A stretch of 64,000 bases of DNA from Ignavibacteriales bacterium (GCA_026390775.1 JAPLFF010000003.1:679858-743857); one strand, 5' to 3'; positions 54,851-64,000 are shown, counted from the first letter of the stretch. The notes: generated by a model not told the origin, from the sequence alone. Translations and numbers: made by a program.

Positions 54851-54858
54851 CAAAAATA
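54851..54858 (-). promoter_or_regulatory. Candidate -7 promoter box TATTTTTG for the GT39/83 gene
   Basis: The minus strand reads TATTTTTG (TAnnTTTG), 22 nt before ATG 54828. Confidence 0.3.
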
Positions 54859-54974
54859 ATAGTTAATTATTTCATTACTAATTTCAGTTTTTCTTATTAT
54901 GCGCTTACAATATTACACCAACCTTGGGCTACAAGCCAAATATTATTAATAATTAAAAAGGTGATTTTTTCCTT

Positions 54975-56126
54975 TTGAAGAAATTAAAGAAAATTTTAAA
55001 AATAATAGGACTCGTTATTAGTTTCATAGTGTTGCTTCTATGTTTCCCCTATTTAATCAGTCCTATTTATGATTTTCCTGCGGCGCATAGCTTTTCCGGT
55101 AATAAGCTTTATAATCCTTATTCAGAATTAAATGGTATTAGAATTAAAGCTAATTTTCACGCGCATACAAAAGCATTTTTTGGTCTTACTGCTGGGAAAG
55201 ACGAACCGGACAGTTTATGGAATGCATATAAAAAATTAAATTACGATTTACTTTCTATCAGTAATTATCATTCATTGACTCCTAGATTGATTTCCCAAAA
55301 CATTTACATTCCAAATTACGAACATGGCATAAATCTTTTTAAGAACCATTTTTTAATGATTGGCGCCCGTTCAATTGATTATTTTAATTTTCTTTTCTAT
55401 CAAACTATTCATCAGAAACAATTTCAAATAAACAGATTAAAAGACAAATGTAAATTCTTAGTTATCAATCATCCTAAGTTACGATATGCTTATTCTTCGC
55501 ACGAACTAGCTAATCTAAATGGTTACGATGCTCTTGAGATTTATTCCCATTTTTCTGAAGCAGAAGATTTTTGGGATTCCGTGCTTTCTAGTGGTAGATG
55601 TGTTTGGGGTTTTAATGATGATGATTCACACGATAAGAGTAAATATTTAGAAGTTGGTAGTTACTGGAATAATATCTATTCAAGTTCGGAAAAAGAAGAT
55701 GACATTATCTCTGCATTAAAACTTGGTAGATATATTGCCGTTCAGGGCCACATGGGATTTGAAGATAATTATCTAAAAAATTTTACTCTTGTAGATTCTA
55801 CAATAAATATTGGATTAGAAAAACCGGCAAAGCTTATTACTTTTATTGGTCAAAATGGGAAGGTAAAGCACATAGAGAAAAATAATTCTAATTCTTCTTA
55901 TACATTTACTTCTAACGACACATACATTAGAGTCGTTGTTAAAAATGATTCATCTAAGTTTTATTTTAATCCCGTTTTCAGATATAAAACTTCTCCAATC
56001 CAAATGTCTACCGTAACAATTAATTATTTCTACTCTATCATTTATTGGATTGTAAGTTATTCACTATTTCTTTTTATTGGATTTATATTAATAAAAAGAA
56101 TCAGGTTGTTGGTTAAGAATCGCTAA
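54975..56126 (+). CDS. Membrane-anchored hypothetical protein, possibly PHP-like metal-dependent phosphoesterase
   Basis: 383 aa with N- and C-terminal TM segments. NFHAHT near the start of the soluble part resembles the first PHP-domain His motif. The assignment is weak. TTG start. Confidence 0.45.
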   Translation: MKKLKKILKIIGLVISFIVLLLCFPYLISPIYDFPAAHSFSGNKLYNPYSELNGIRIKANFHAHTKAFFGLTAGKDEPDSLWNAYKKLNYDLLSISNYHSLTPRLISQNIYIPNYEHGINLFKNHFLMIGARSIDYFNFLFYQTIHQKQFQINRLKDKCKFLVINHPKLRYAYSSHELANLNGYDALEIYSHFSEAEDFWDSVLSSGRCVWGFNDDDSHDKSKYLEVGSYWNNIYSSSEKEDDIISALKLGRYIAVQGHMGFEDNYLKNFTLVDSTINIGLEKPAKLITFIGQNGKVKHIEKNNSNSSYTFTSNDTYIRVVVKNDSSKFYFNPVFRYKTSPIQMSTVTINYFYSIIYWIVSYSLFLFIGFILIKRIRLLVKNR

Positions 56127-56147
56127 CTTATTAACTTTTTTCTCAGT

Positions 56148-56352
56148 TAGATAATCCACAAAAAGAAGATTACGAATACACCTTGACAACATTAGCTGAA
56201 AAATTAAATATCGGCAAAGGGAAACGTATACATCCTCTCCGTCTAGCGATTTCGGACTTAAGAACCGGACCAGAAGTTTTTATATAGTTACAATACTTGG
56301 TAAGAATAAAATTAATAAACGAATTGACACAGAATTGGATAGGATCAAATAG
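56148..56352 (+). pseudogene. Frameshifted relic of the C-terminal approximately 65 codons of a second glutamyl-tRNA synthetase gene
   Basis: My translation, frame from 56162, is KEDYEYTLTTLAEKLNIGKGKRIHPLRLAISDLRTGPEVFI*. The frame from 56281 gives YIVTILGKNKINKRIDTELDRIK*. Compare the intact GltX C-terminus KEDFEASLKETAAELNIGAGKLIHPLRLAVSGMSGGPGVYDILVIIGLEETQKRIDKAI. At least two frame disruptions are present and nothing upstream is preserved. Confidence 0.8.
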
Positions 56353-57511
56353 ATGGGGAGCTGACTATAAATTTTTGCGGATAACATACTTCGAATGCAG
56401 TTCCATCTTTCTTTGTTGATGTAAAAGAGATTATCCCATTCAAATATTTTTCAGTAAGAAATTTCATACTGTAAATTCCAATTCCCCGCCCAGCTCCCTT
56501 TGTAGAGACAGAACGATTGAATAATTGCAATTGGATATCTTCCGGAATAAAAGACGGATTGTGAACAGAGAAATAAACCATACCTTCTCGATTACCACAG
56601 TTCAATGTAATTGTTTCACCTGCAGAAGAAGCTTCGATTGCATTCTTTATCATATTACTTACTACTCTTCCAAGTAAAGTTTCATCAGTATCTATTTCAG
56701 AATTTTTACTCTCAGGAGATATCTTGAGTAATTTATTTCCCAAGATGTCTGAGTGATTAAATGAATCATACAAGCGTTTTAGAAAATTGATCGAACTAAT
56801 TTTTTGTACATTTAGTTTGATCTTACTCTTTTCGGATGACACAAGGTGACGATGAGTAATTATTTCATCTATGATTCTTTTTGCGATTTCATCTAATACT
56901 TTCATTAACTCTTTCCGCTCTTCGCCGCCTAATGTATCATCATCAAGTATTTCTAATATATTGTTTAAACTGCCGGCAGTATTTAAAATATCATGGAAGA
57001 ATATTCGCTCGATCTGTTTACGTTCGGTAATGTCTTCAAATATTCCTACACCACCGCTGATCGTTCCGTTATCAAGTATGATTGGTGCAAAGTTTACTCT
57101 AACTGGAGTGATCTTACCGGAAGTTTTAGATAGATATTCACCTTCGTAATGACCAATCGTTCCGGCAAGTGTATGCTCGATTGCAGAGACCATATTAACA
57201 TCTAAAGCTTCAGAAAGTAACGCGCCGATTATTTGTTCTTTTTTTGTATCGCTTATACTGATAAAATTATCATTGCAGGCGGTGATTCTTCCCGTTGAAT
57301 CAAAATGGAGAATGCCGAGCGGTACATTTGAAAATACCATTCTGTACTTCTCTTCACTTTCGCGAAGAGCTTCTTTAGTTTCTTTTAAATCGGTTATGGA
57401 TTGGGCAACAACATCTAATTCGATAATTGATTCCGGAATAGAATCGAGCACATCAAAAATGATTTCTTTATTCTTATATGATGAATCTTTTTCCGGAGAA
57501 TTATCTTTCAT
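56345..57511 (-). CDS. PAS-domain sensor histidine kinase (cytoplasmic, orphan)
   Basis: 388 aa with a PAS-like region (YRMVFSNVPLGILHFDSTGRITACN), H-box FFHDILNTAG, N-box SNMIKNAIEAS and G2 GAGRGIGIYS. Confidence 0.85.
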   Translation of the reverse strand: MKDNSPEKDSSYKNKEIIFDVLDSIPESIIELDVVAQSITDLKETKEALRESEEKYRMVFSNVPLGILHFDSTGRITACNDNFISISDTKKEQIIGALLSEALDVNMVSAIEHTLAGTIGHYEGEYLSKTSGKITPVRVNFAPIILDNGTISGGVGIFEDITERKQIERIFFHDILNTAGSLNNILEILDDDTLGGEERKELMKVLDEIAKRIIDEIITHRHLVSSEKSKIKLNVQKISSINFLKRLYDSFNHSDILGNKLLKISPESKNSEIDTDETLLGRVVSNMIKNAIEASSAGETITLNCGNREGMVYFSVHNPSFIPEDIQLQLFNRSVSTKGAGRGIGIYSMKFLTEKYLNGIISFTSTKKDGTAFEVCYPQKFIVSSPSI

Positions 57512-57514
57512 AAA

Positions 57515-59206
57515 TTATTTTTTACCCCAACTGTCTTTCAACGTAACAGTTCTGTTGAAAACTAATTTTTCATTCGAAGTAAATTTTGTATCAACACAAA
57601 AATATCCATGTCGCTCAAACTGAAAACGATCTCCTTTAATAGAATCTTTAAAATACGGTTCGATCAAAGCGTTAGGTATAATTTCCAATGAGTTAGGGTT
57701 CATAAAATCTAAGAAACTTTTTTCTTTATCAGAATCCGGTGACTCAATAGTAAATAATCTGTCGTATAAACGGACTTCAGCTTTCAATGCATGTTTGGCA
57801 GAGACCCAATGAATTGTTCCTTTAACTTTCTTTTTACTGGTGCCCGTTCCGCTTCTTGTATCGGGATCGTAAGTACAACGGAGTTCTATAACTTCACCTT
57901 TATCATTCTTAATTACTTCTTCACATCTAACTATATATGCGTAACGTAAACGTACTTCTCCTCCTTGAACTAAACGATGATAACCTTTCGGCGGATCTTC
58001 CATAAAATCTGTCTGCTCGATATAAACTTCATTTGTAAACGGAATCTTTCTTATACCCATTGATGGATCTTCAGGATTATTTACTCCATCTAGTTCTTCT
58101 TCGCCTACATAATTTGTAATTACCACTTTAAGAGGACGGAGAATAGCCATAGCACGTTGAGCATGTTTATTCAGATCATCTCTAATAGCAAATTCAAGTA
58201 GAGCGATATCAGTAAGTGCATCGCGTTTAGCTACACCGATTATCTCTGCAAAATTCCGTATTGATTCCGGTGTATAACCTCTTCTTCTAAATCCGCTTAT
58301 CGTTGGCATTCGTGGATCATCCCAGCCATCTACATAATTTTCTTTTACTAATTGTAAAAGTTTTCTTTTACTCATTACTGTGTAGCTTAAATTGAGTCGT
58401 GCAAATTCAATCTGCTGCGGATGATGAATTCCAAGTTCATCTAAGAACCAATCATACAACGGACGATGATTTTCAAATTCAAGTGTACAGATCGAATGTG
58501 TAATTCCTTCAATCGAATCTTCAAGTCCGTGTGCCCAATCATAAGTCGGGTAGATGCACCATTTGTTCCCTTGACGATGATGTTCATCATGAACTATTCT
58601 GTACATGATCGGATCGCGCAAATTTATGTTTGGAGAAGACATATTGATCTTAGCACGCAAAGTTTTTGCACCGTTGGGAAATTCTCCTTTACGCATTCGT
58701 TCAAAGAGATCAAGATTTTCTTCAATGCTTCTATTTCTGAATCGAGATTCTTTACCGGACTCTGTTAATGTTCCGCGTGAAGAGCGTATTTCGTCTGCGT
58801 TAAGATCATCAACATAAGCTTTCCCTTTTTTGATCAGATCAACTGCCCATTGATACATCTGTTCAAAATAATCCGAACCGTATAATATTCTCTTCTCAAA
58901 ATCAGCGCCGAGCCATTTTACATCTTCTATTATTGAATCAACATATTCTTGTTCTTCTTTTTCGGGATTTGTATCATCAAAACGTAAATTAAATTTGCCT
59001 TTGAAGTCGCGGGCAATCCCGTAATTAAGACAAATTGATTTTGCATGCCCGATATGAAGATAACCGTTCGGTTCCGGAGGGAAACGTGTACAAACATTTC
59101 CTCCCCATTTGTTGGTCTTCATATCTTCATCTATAATTTCATAAATAAAATTCTTCGGTTTTGATATTTCTTTGGATTCATTACTCATTTTATTCTCGTT
59201 ATTCAT
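57515..59206 (-). CDS. glnS: Glutaminyl-tRNA synthetase
   Basis: 563 aa with [17 protein letters not shown] (HIGH), VMSKRKL (KMSKS) and a C-terminal anticodon-binding beta-barrel region. Confidence 0.95.
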   Translation of the reverse strand: MNNENKMSNESKEISKPKNFIYEIIDEDMKTNKWGGNVCTRFPPEPNGYLHIGHAKSICLNYGIARDFKGKFNLRFDDTNPEKEEQEYVDSIIEDVKWLGADFEKRILYGSDYFEQMYQWAVDLIKKGKAYVDDLNADEIRSSRGTLTESGKESRFRNRSIEENLDLFERMRKGEFPNGAKTLRAKINMSSPNINLRDPIMYRIVHDEHHRQGNKWCIYPTYDWAHGLEDSIEGITHSICTLEFENHRPLYDWFLDELGIHHPQQIEFARLNLSYTVMSKRKLLQLVKENYVDGWDDPRMPTISGFRRRGYTPESIRNFAEIIGVAKRDALTDIALLEFAIRDDLNKHAQRAMAILRPLKVVITNYVGEEELDGVNNPEDPSMGIRKIPFTNEVYIEQTDFMEDPPKGYHRLVQGGEVRLRYAYIVRCEEVIKNDKGEVIELRCTYDPDTRSGTGTSKKKVKGTIHWVSAKHALKAEVRLYDRLFTIESPDSDKEKSFLDFMNPNSLEIIPNALIEPYFKDSIKGDRFQFERHGYFCVDTKFTSNEKLVFNRTVTLKDSWGKK

Positions 59207-59458
59207 ATTTTCTATTTTATTCTATAATTGTAAAATTACTGAATTACAATTCAGCGCCCAAACTTTCTATAAAGCGTTTTTCCCTTTATTACCCTGAAAA
59301 CTGCGATTAATCAACTAAACATTTCATTCGTTTATAATATAATAGAACTCCTTTCTCCACTACTAATAATATTTTGATTGACTATCAAACTGATATCAGA
59401 TAATTTACTTACGAATTCCATTCCTCAAATTCAAAATACTTTTTGAAAGGAGTAACAA

Positions 59459-60232
59459 ATGCAGCACAAAATTAAATTTTTGTTTATCTGTTTTCTAATC
59501 TTGTTTACCAGTGTTAATTTATTCTCACAGGAGAATAAAAAACCAACCAGATTACTGGTATTACAAGATGTTGTATTCCCATATAAAGTTATGGAATATG
59601 AGAACGCACAGAAAGGGATAAACGAATTTTTTAAGAAAAATAATATGGGTATTTCATGGGATGTATTACAAACAGACGAATTTACCTATATGTATCTGGT
59701 ACCATTTTCCGGATTAGGTGAAGTTGATGAATTATTTAAAATGTGGGACGATAAAATTAAAGCTTCCGACCAAAAAGAATTCGGTAAGTTATACAGTGCT
59801 TTTGCCGGTACAATAGATCGGAATAATACTCTTATCGTAGAATTAAAAGAATCATACACACCAAAAAATCCTTACTTGAAACCGGAAGATGCTGGTTTCA
59901 TTCATTGGGACTTTTTTGAACTATTGCCTGGTAAAGAAACGGAAGCTAATGCTTTGCTAGTCGATTATAAAAAAATGAATGAGAAATTGAATATCCCGGT
60001 TGCTTACAATCAATGGTCAGTTGTTTTCGGAGATAACAGTACAACTATCGTCTTTACTACCCGTGCAAAAGATGATGTGGATTTTTATACTCACAATAAA
60101 GAAACTGATAATAAGATGAATAAAGAACCGGGCGGAACTGAAATGTATATGAAATTTTTGTCATCAGTCCGCAGTTTCCATCATATCAATGGGAAACCAA
60201 GACCGGATTTATCTATTCCTGCTAGTAAATAA
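59459..60232 (+). CDS. Hypothetical secreted protein
   Basis: 257 aa with a signal peptide (FLFICFLILFTSVNLFSQ). AAGGAG RBS precedes it and a strong terminator follows. No family recognised. Confidence 0.6.
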   Translation: MQHKIKFLFICFLILFTSVNLFSQENKKPTRLLVLQDVVFPYKVMEYENAQKGINEFFKKNNMGISWDVLQTDEFTYMYLVPFSGLGEVDELFKMWDDKIKASDQKEFGKLYSAFAGTIDRNNTLIVELKESYTPKNPYLKPEDAGFIHWDFFELLPGKETEANALLVDYKKMNEKLNIPVAYNQWSVVFGDNSTTIVFTTRAKDDVDFYTHNKETDNKMNKEPGGTEMYMKFLSSVRSFHHINGKPRPDLSIPASK

Positions 60233-60238
60233 TTATAG

Positions 60239-60275
60239 CGAAGGGTCTTCACAGAAGACCCTTCGTTTATTTCTT
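60239..60275 (+). terminator. Intrinsic terminator
   Basis: Perfect 12-bp stem CGAAGGGTCTTC-aca-GAAGACCCTTCG followed by a T-rich tract. Confidence 0.85.
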
Positions 60276-60361
60276 TTCGAAAGAAGTTTACATTCCATTT
60301 GGATATGCATTTTAAGTTTTTTAGTTTTCCAACCCGAAATAATGTTTTCAAAAATATATTT

Positions 60362-60447
60362 GCCGAAGTGGCGGAATTGGTAGACGCGCTGGACTCAAAA
60401 TCCAGTCTGGCTCACACCAGGTGCCGGTTCGAGTCCGGCCTCCGGTA
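60362..60447 (+). tRNA. tRNA-Leu (anticodon CAA)
   Basis: GCCGAAG-TG-GCGGAATTGGTAGACGC, anticodon arm CTGGA-CTCAAAA-TCCAG, a long variable arm, T-arm GCCGGTTCGAGTCCGGC and 3' acceptor strand CTCCGGT plus A. The acceptor stem has G1-U72 and an A5/C68 mismatch. Confidence 0.85.
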
Positions 60448-60449
60448 CT

Positions 60450-60485
60450 AAAGCTCAACAAAAAAACTGTTGAGCTTTAATTTTA
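60450..60485 (+). terminator. Intrinsic terminator after tRNA-Leu(CAA)
   Basis: AGCTCAACA-(7-nt loop)-TGTTGAGCT followed by TTAATTTT. Confidence 0.7.
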
Positions 60486-60871
60486 GGTATACTATTTATG
60501 TTATAAAAAGTTTAACGAAGAAATTTACTTATGTTGGATTTACAAATAATCTTTAACCTGCACCCCGAAGTACTGTGAATATATAAGACAGACTTAAATT
60601 ATAGAATGAGTTTTGAATAATCAGATTATTATTTTAACTTGTAATAAGAACACCCAAGGATAAAATAAATGCTTTTAAGAAGAGAGATGAATACACTCCG
60701 AAATAACCTCTTCGAACAACTCCAAATTATTCTCATCATAAATTGTTATAGCTACTGCTCAGAAGATATAATTCAAAAAAGTAAATTATTCGTCTTTTAT
60801 AAATAAGGCGGTTGAATGTTACGTAAACAGTCTAACCGGAAAAACAAATAACTAAAAAGGAGAATAAGACT

Positions 60872-61264
60872 ATGGAATGGTATCTAAAAGTTGTAAAAGA
60901 TAACTACTCAAACTTCAAAGGGCGCGCAAGGCGGAAAGAATATTGGATGTTTGTCCTGTTTAATCTCCTCTTTGCTATAGTTGCAATTATTCTTGATAAT
61001 ATTTTGGGCACAACATTTAAAATTAGTGGTGTATATTCTGAAGTGAGTATGCCTTACGGCTGGATATACTTAATTTATATTTTAGCTATCATTATACCTG
61101 GTCTTGCTGTTGCTGTTAGACGACTACACGATGTTGGAAAGAGTGGCGGATGGATATTTATTGCATTAATTCCGATTATTGGTGCTATATGGTTATTAGT
61201 GCTTTTTTGCACAGAGGGAAATAATGGTGATAATATATACGGACCATCACCCAAAGCTGTATAA
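60872..61264 (+). CDS. DUF805-family inner-membrane protein (YhaH/YhaI-like)
   Basis: 130 aa with GRARRKEYWMFVLFN... and RRLHDVGKSGGW motifs typical of DUF805. AAGGAG RBS. Confidence 0.8.
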   Translation: MEWYLKVVKDNYSNFKGRARRKEYWMFVLFNLLFAIVAIILDNILGTTFKISGVYSEVSMPYGWIYLIYILAIIIPGLAVAVRRLHDVGKSGGWIFIALIPIIGAIWLLVLFCTEGNNGDNIYGPSPKAV

Positions 61265-61292
61265 AAAATTGTTTAACTAATCAATTCAATTC

Positions 61293-61317
61293 GACCGCTT
61301 CTTGGAAGCGGTCTTTT
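61293..61317 (+). terminator. Intrinsic terminator after DUF805 gene
   Basis: GACCGCTTC-ttg-GAAGCGGTC followed by TTTT. Confidence 0.8.
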
Positions 61318-61520
61318 GATATTATTTTTTGAATCACTCGACTTACTGATGGGTTATGGAATTAAGTAAAATTCGTTTACCTATTGTTTTTAAATAAATT
61401 ATCCATCAGCATTACGAGTTAGGGAAATTTGAACACTGAGTTAATTATTATTGTTTACCTTTAACTATGTTATTGGTTACTGGATTTAGCTTTTAAAATC
61501 GTTTCTTTTAGTGTAAGAGA

Positions 61521-62867
61521 TTATTTGAGTAAGATCATTTTCTTGGATTGGATAAAATCACCGGTTTTAATTCGATATAAATACACTCCACTTGGAAAAG
61601 CTGAACCATCAAAGCTAACTTCGTGATAACCGACTGAAAGCTCTTTGTTAATCAGTTGCGCTTTTTCTTGCCCCAATAGATTATAAACCTTTAGCGATAC
61701 ATGAGATGATCTAGTTAAAGTAAAATTTATTTTTGTGTTTGGATTAAATGGATTAGGATAATTTTGGTATAATTTAAACTCAGTTGGTACAACTTCATCC
61801 TTAGAAACATCTGTTAATAAATGAATTGGTGTATATTTGAAATTACTTATAATTAATTCAGCATCTTTCTGATTTATTGGAGCCAATCCCTTCATTAACC
61901 AAAAATTAATATGAGGTTTTAATTGATTTGGTATTGGAATGTTTGAACCTCTATAAGACCATTCTTTAATCAAATCACCCGATGCTTGATAACTTTGAAA
62001 CTTTATACCCTGCTTTGTCCATGTAAATTTATGAGTAGAAGATGACGCCGTAAGATTTAAGGGAAAGGAATGTGAGCTTATTAATGGTTCTGATGGTTGC
62101 ACAACATACAAACCCGCATTACTACCGGCATCACCCCATCTTGAAAATTCAATATCAATTTCAGTTGAATCATTCTCATAAATAAATAAACCTACAATTA
62201 TATTAGGGTCATACAGTTCTACATTACTTGAAACAGAAAATGAATATTCGCCGTAACCCGTGGTATCTTGGGCATAAATACTAGAGCAATACCATTTATC
62301 ACCAATTTTTCTAATTGTAAGGTGTAGGTTTTCTGAATTATCAATCCATATACTATTTATTCCGTTAAACCAATTATTTGGTCCGGGTCCGCTAACACCA
62401 TTACTCACATTCCATTTTAATCCTGCAAAATTTCTTGTAGGTATTCGTGTTTCATTAATCATAGTAGTAAAACTTCTTACGGACCAATTACTTGTTCCTC
62501 CTAAGTTCGTAGCATTTACTCTCCAAAAATATGTAGTACCATCTGATAAAGCTGAAGTTACATTTAATGAAGTAACGGTTATTCCACTTAGATCAAATAT
62601 ATTACTGCTAAAAGAAGAAGTGGTTGATATCTGTACTTGATATGACGAAGCTCCAATCGATGCGGCCCAACTTAAAGAAGGCGTTGTTGATACTTCCGTC
62701 TCTAAATTAGAAGGCGATAATAAAACTGGTGGTAATGGTGCTGAAGTCCCATCTATGTTTTTTAAAGTAAGAGTAATATTTCCTGTTTGGGCATAAAAAA
62801 ATAATGATGATCCTGAAACAAAGAAAAAGACACTGGTTGTAATTAATAATTTTTTAATACTTCTCAT
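61521..62867 (-). CDS. Secreted protein: FN3-like domain, GH16/concanavalin-like domain, T9SS C-terminal sorting domain
   Basis: 448 aa with a signal peptide. The FN3-like region reads PVLLSPSN...YFWRVNATN. The central domain carries EIDIEFS (ExDxE motif of GH16). The C-terminal ...LYQNYPNPFNPNTKINFTL...GVYLYRIKTGDFIQSKKMILLK is typical of the type-A Por/T9SS tail. Confidence 0.8.
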   Translation of the reverse strand: MRSIKKLLITTSVFFFVSGSSLFFYAQTGNITLTLKNIDGTSAPLPPVLLSPSNLETEVSTTPSLSWAASIGASSYQVQISTTSSFSSNIFDLSGITVTSLNVTSALSDGTTYFWRVNATNLGGTSNWSVRSFTTMINETRIPTRNFAGLKWNVSNGVSGPGPNNWFNGINSIWIDNSENLHLTIRKIGDKWYCSSIYAQDTTGYGEYSFSVSSNVELYDPNIIVGLFIYENDSTEIDIEFSRWGDAGSNAGLYVVQPSEPLISSHSFPLNLTASSSTHKFTWTKQGIKFQSYQASGDLIKEWSYRGSNIPIPNQLKPHINFWLMKGLAPINQKDAELIISNFKYTPIHLLTDVSKDEVVPTEFKLYQNYPNPFNPNTKINFTLTRSSHVSLKVYNLLGQEKAQLINKELSVGYHEVSFDGSAFPSGVYLYRIKTGDFIQSKKMILLK

Positions 62868-64000
62868 TTATTTCGAATTCCATTTACTCAAAGTTTTCTC
62901 AAATTCTTTTTCCAAATTATTAAACGCAAAAATCATTTGAGAAGTAGGCGGCATATCACTTTGCTGTAATAAATTATGCAATGAAGTGAATGCCCTTAAA
63001 TACTTGGAAAATTCTTTCCCAATTTCAGAAGACCTATTATCTTTCATTTCGGAAATTTCTTTTAACGCACTTCTACATTTTTTGTTATTAATATAGCAAG
63101 TTAAACTCAAATCATGTTGAAGTTGCAAATCCTTTTCGCTTGTTTTTACTCTTGGATCCATCTTTATATTTAGCGTTTGAGTAAATTGTTTCCCATCAAC
63201 TATTAATCTAACAGTATAAGATCCAGACATAACCCAAGGTGATGTTGGATTAGGTACAGTATTCTTATAAATAGCTGACATTGGATATGATGGCGGAACG
63301 TTAAGAGGTGTATATCTCATATCCCACAAAAATCTGTGTGAACCTGCTTCTGCTGAAAGTATTTTCTGAGGACGGATCCAATATAGTGGAATATTTAGAT
63401 CCGGAATCTTGTATAAGGTATCATTATTAGTATACATCCTAATGATTGTTCCTTTTGAATCTAAAATTTCTAAACTAACATTATTTGCTTTGATATCTAA
63501 ATAATAATTTATAACAGCTCCTTCCGGTGGATTTTGCCCTGCAGGTTCTTCCTGCGGTAACGGTGTATCAGTATTCATATTCCATCTTACTCGATAAGCA
63601 TTTTGCGGTTTAAACAAAATCGTGTTCATCTTTTTTGATTCGACACTGAGTTGACGTAATGGAGTTATATCATCTAATATCCAAAAACTTCTTCCATGAG
63701 TTGCTATAACCAGATCATCATCTTTAATTATTAAATCTCTTATAGATGTTGCAGGCATATTTAATCGTAAGGATTGCCAATTTTCTCCATCATCAAATGA
63801 AACATAAACAGCAGTTTCACTGCCGGCAAATAATAATCCTTTTCTATACGGATCTTCTTTTACAACATTGATTGGATCGTTGGGTAAACCGTTTACAATT
63901 TCTTTCCAGGTTTTACCGCCGTCATTTGTTCTATAAATATACGGGCGCATATCATCTAACCGAATACGGTTCACTGCTGCATAAGAAGTGTTTATATCAG
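62868..64000 (-). CDS. BNR/Asp-box repeat (sortilin/GH74-like) protein, C-terminal part; gene continues past the right window edge
   Basis: The ORF track starts at an internal GTG (63974), but the frame stays open to the window end (…DINTSYAAVNRIRL…). Asp-boxes are TNDGGKTW and SFDDGENW. Its stop abuts the ATG of the downstream gene. Confidence 0.75.
   Translation of the reverse strand, partial: DINTSYAAVNRIRLDDMRPYIYRTNDGGKTWKEIVNGLPNDPINVVKEDPYRKGLLFAGSETAVYVSFDDGENWQSLRLNMPATSIRDLIIKDDDLVIATHGRSFWILDDITPLRQLSVESKKMNTILFKPQNAYRVRWNMNTDTPLPQEEPAGQNPPEGAVINYYLDIKANNVSLEILDSKGTIIRMYTNNDTLYKIPDLNIPLYWIRPQKILSAEAGSHRFLWDMRYTPLNVPPSYPMSAIYKNTVPNPTSPWVMSGSYTVRLIVDGKQFTQTLNIKMDPRVKTSEKDLQLQHDLSLTCYINNKKCRSALKEISEMKDNRSSEIGKEFSKYLRAFTSLHNLLQQSDMPPTSQMIFAFNNLEKEFEKTLSKWNSK

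Noticed and set aside
59229-59254. Inverted repeat AATTGTAA-n9-TTACAATT upstream of glnS, considered as an operator
   Set aside because: It is short and AT-only in an AT-rich intergenic region, and I saw no second copy or associated regulator gene. Evidence is insufficient.
60355-60362. TATATTTG box immediately before tRNA-Leu(CAA), considered as its promoter
   Set aside because: The motif ends on the first nucleotide of the tRNA. A start site a few nt downstream would fall inside the acceptor stem, so this is probably a chance match in AT-rich sequence.
60189-60383. 64-aa plus-strand ORF spanning the terminator and the start of the tRNA
   Set aside because: It overlaps the end of a supported CDS, a 12-bp terminator stem and a tRNA gene, so it is almost certainly non-coding.
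60450-61520. tRNA-Leu(CAA) as an integration hotspot, with a possible genomic island downstream
   Set aside because: No integrase, excisionase or transposase ORF follows. I could not find by eye a direct repeat of the tRNA 3' end, and the only gene is a common DUF805 membrane protein. A 46-codon ORF at about 60669-60809 has no recognisable features.
1-64000. Search for CRISPR arrays, transposases/IS elements, prophage genes, toxin-antitoxin pairs or known defence-system signatures
   Set aside because: No regularly spaced repeat-spacer array, no DDE/serine/tyrosine recombinase-like ORF and no nuclease/helicase/ATPase defence-type gene cluster was seen. The window is dominated by housekeeping and envelope or signalling genes.

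Overview
This is an AT-rich bacterial chromosomal segment; hand counts of typical 60-nt lines give about one-third G+C. It is densely packed with about 50 protein genes, mostly on the minus strand. It also holds two tRNA-Leu genes, one TPP riboswitch and several clear intrinsic terminators. A type-IX-secretion C-terminal sorting domain, FtsX/MacB permease expansion and recurring TAnnTTTG promoter-like boxes suggest an FCB-group organism (Ignavibacteriota/Bacteroidota-like). That assignment is inference only. Most of the content is housekeeping: mltD-like, acyl-CoA carboxyltransferase, aroC, htrA, recO, mtnA, murA, tig, clpP, DPP-IV, gltX, glnS and a CCA-adding enzyme. I saw no CRISPR array, transposase, integrase, phage genes or recognisable defence system. 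I cannot point to a clear-cut novel system of that kind. The most unusual locus is a co-directional string at 7589-16908. It encodes a GAF-PP2C phosphatase, a STAS anti-sigma-antagonist-like protein and three Hanks-type Ser/Thr kinases with different extracytoplasmic sensor modules. No RsbW/SpoIIAB-type kinase or sigma factor lies nearby. Two of the kinases are collinear paralogs of exactly equal length; their similarity drops abruptly at the start of the TPR sensor module. A 19-codon relic of a fourth kinase sits between the last kinase and the next gene, joined by ATGA and TAGATG junctions. Other sequence-level observations are: a hybrid histidine-kinase-like protein with His to Asn in the H-box and Asp to Val in its third receiver; a frameshifted C-terminal relic of a second gltX; a 5 x 7-nt GCTAANN micro-repeat; a TolC-MFP-ATPase operon with four FtsX permeases in A-B-A-B order split by a terminator-like hairpin; and a thiamine riboswitch controlling a TonB-dependent receptor.
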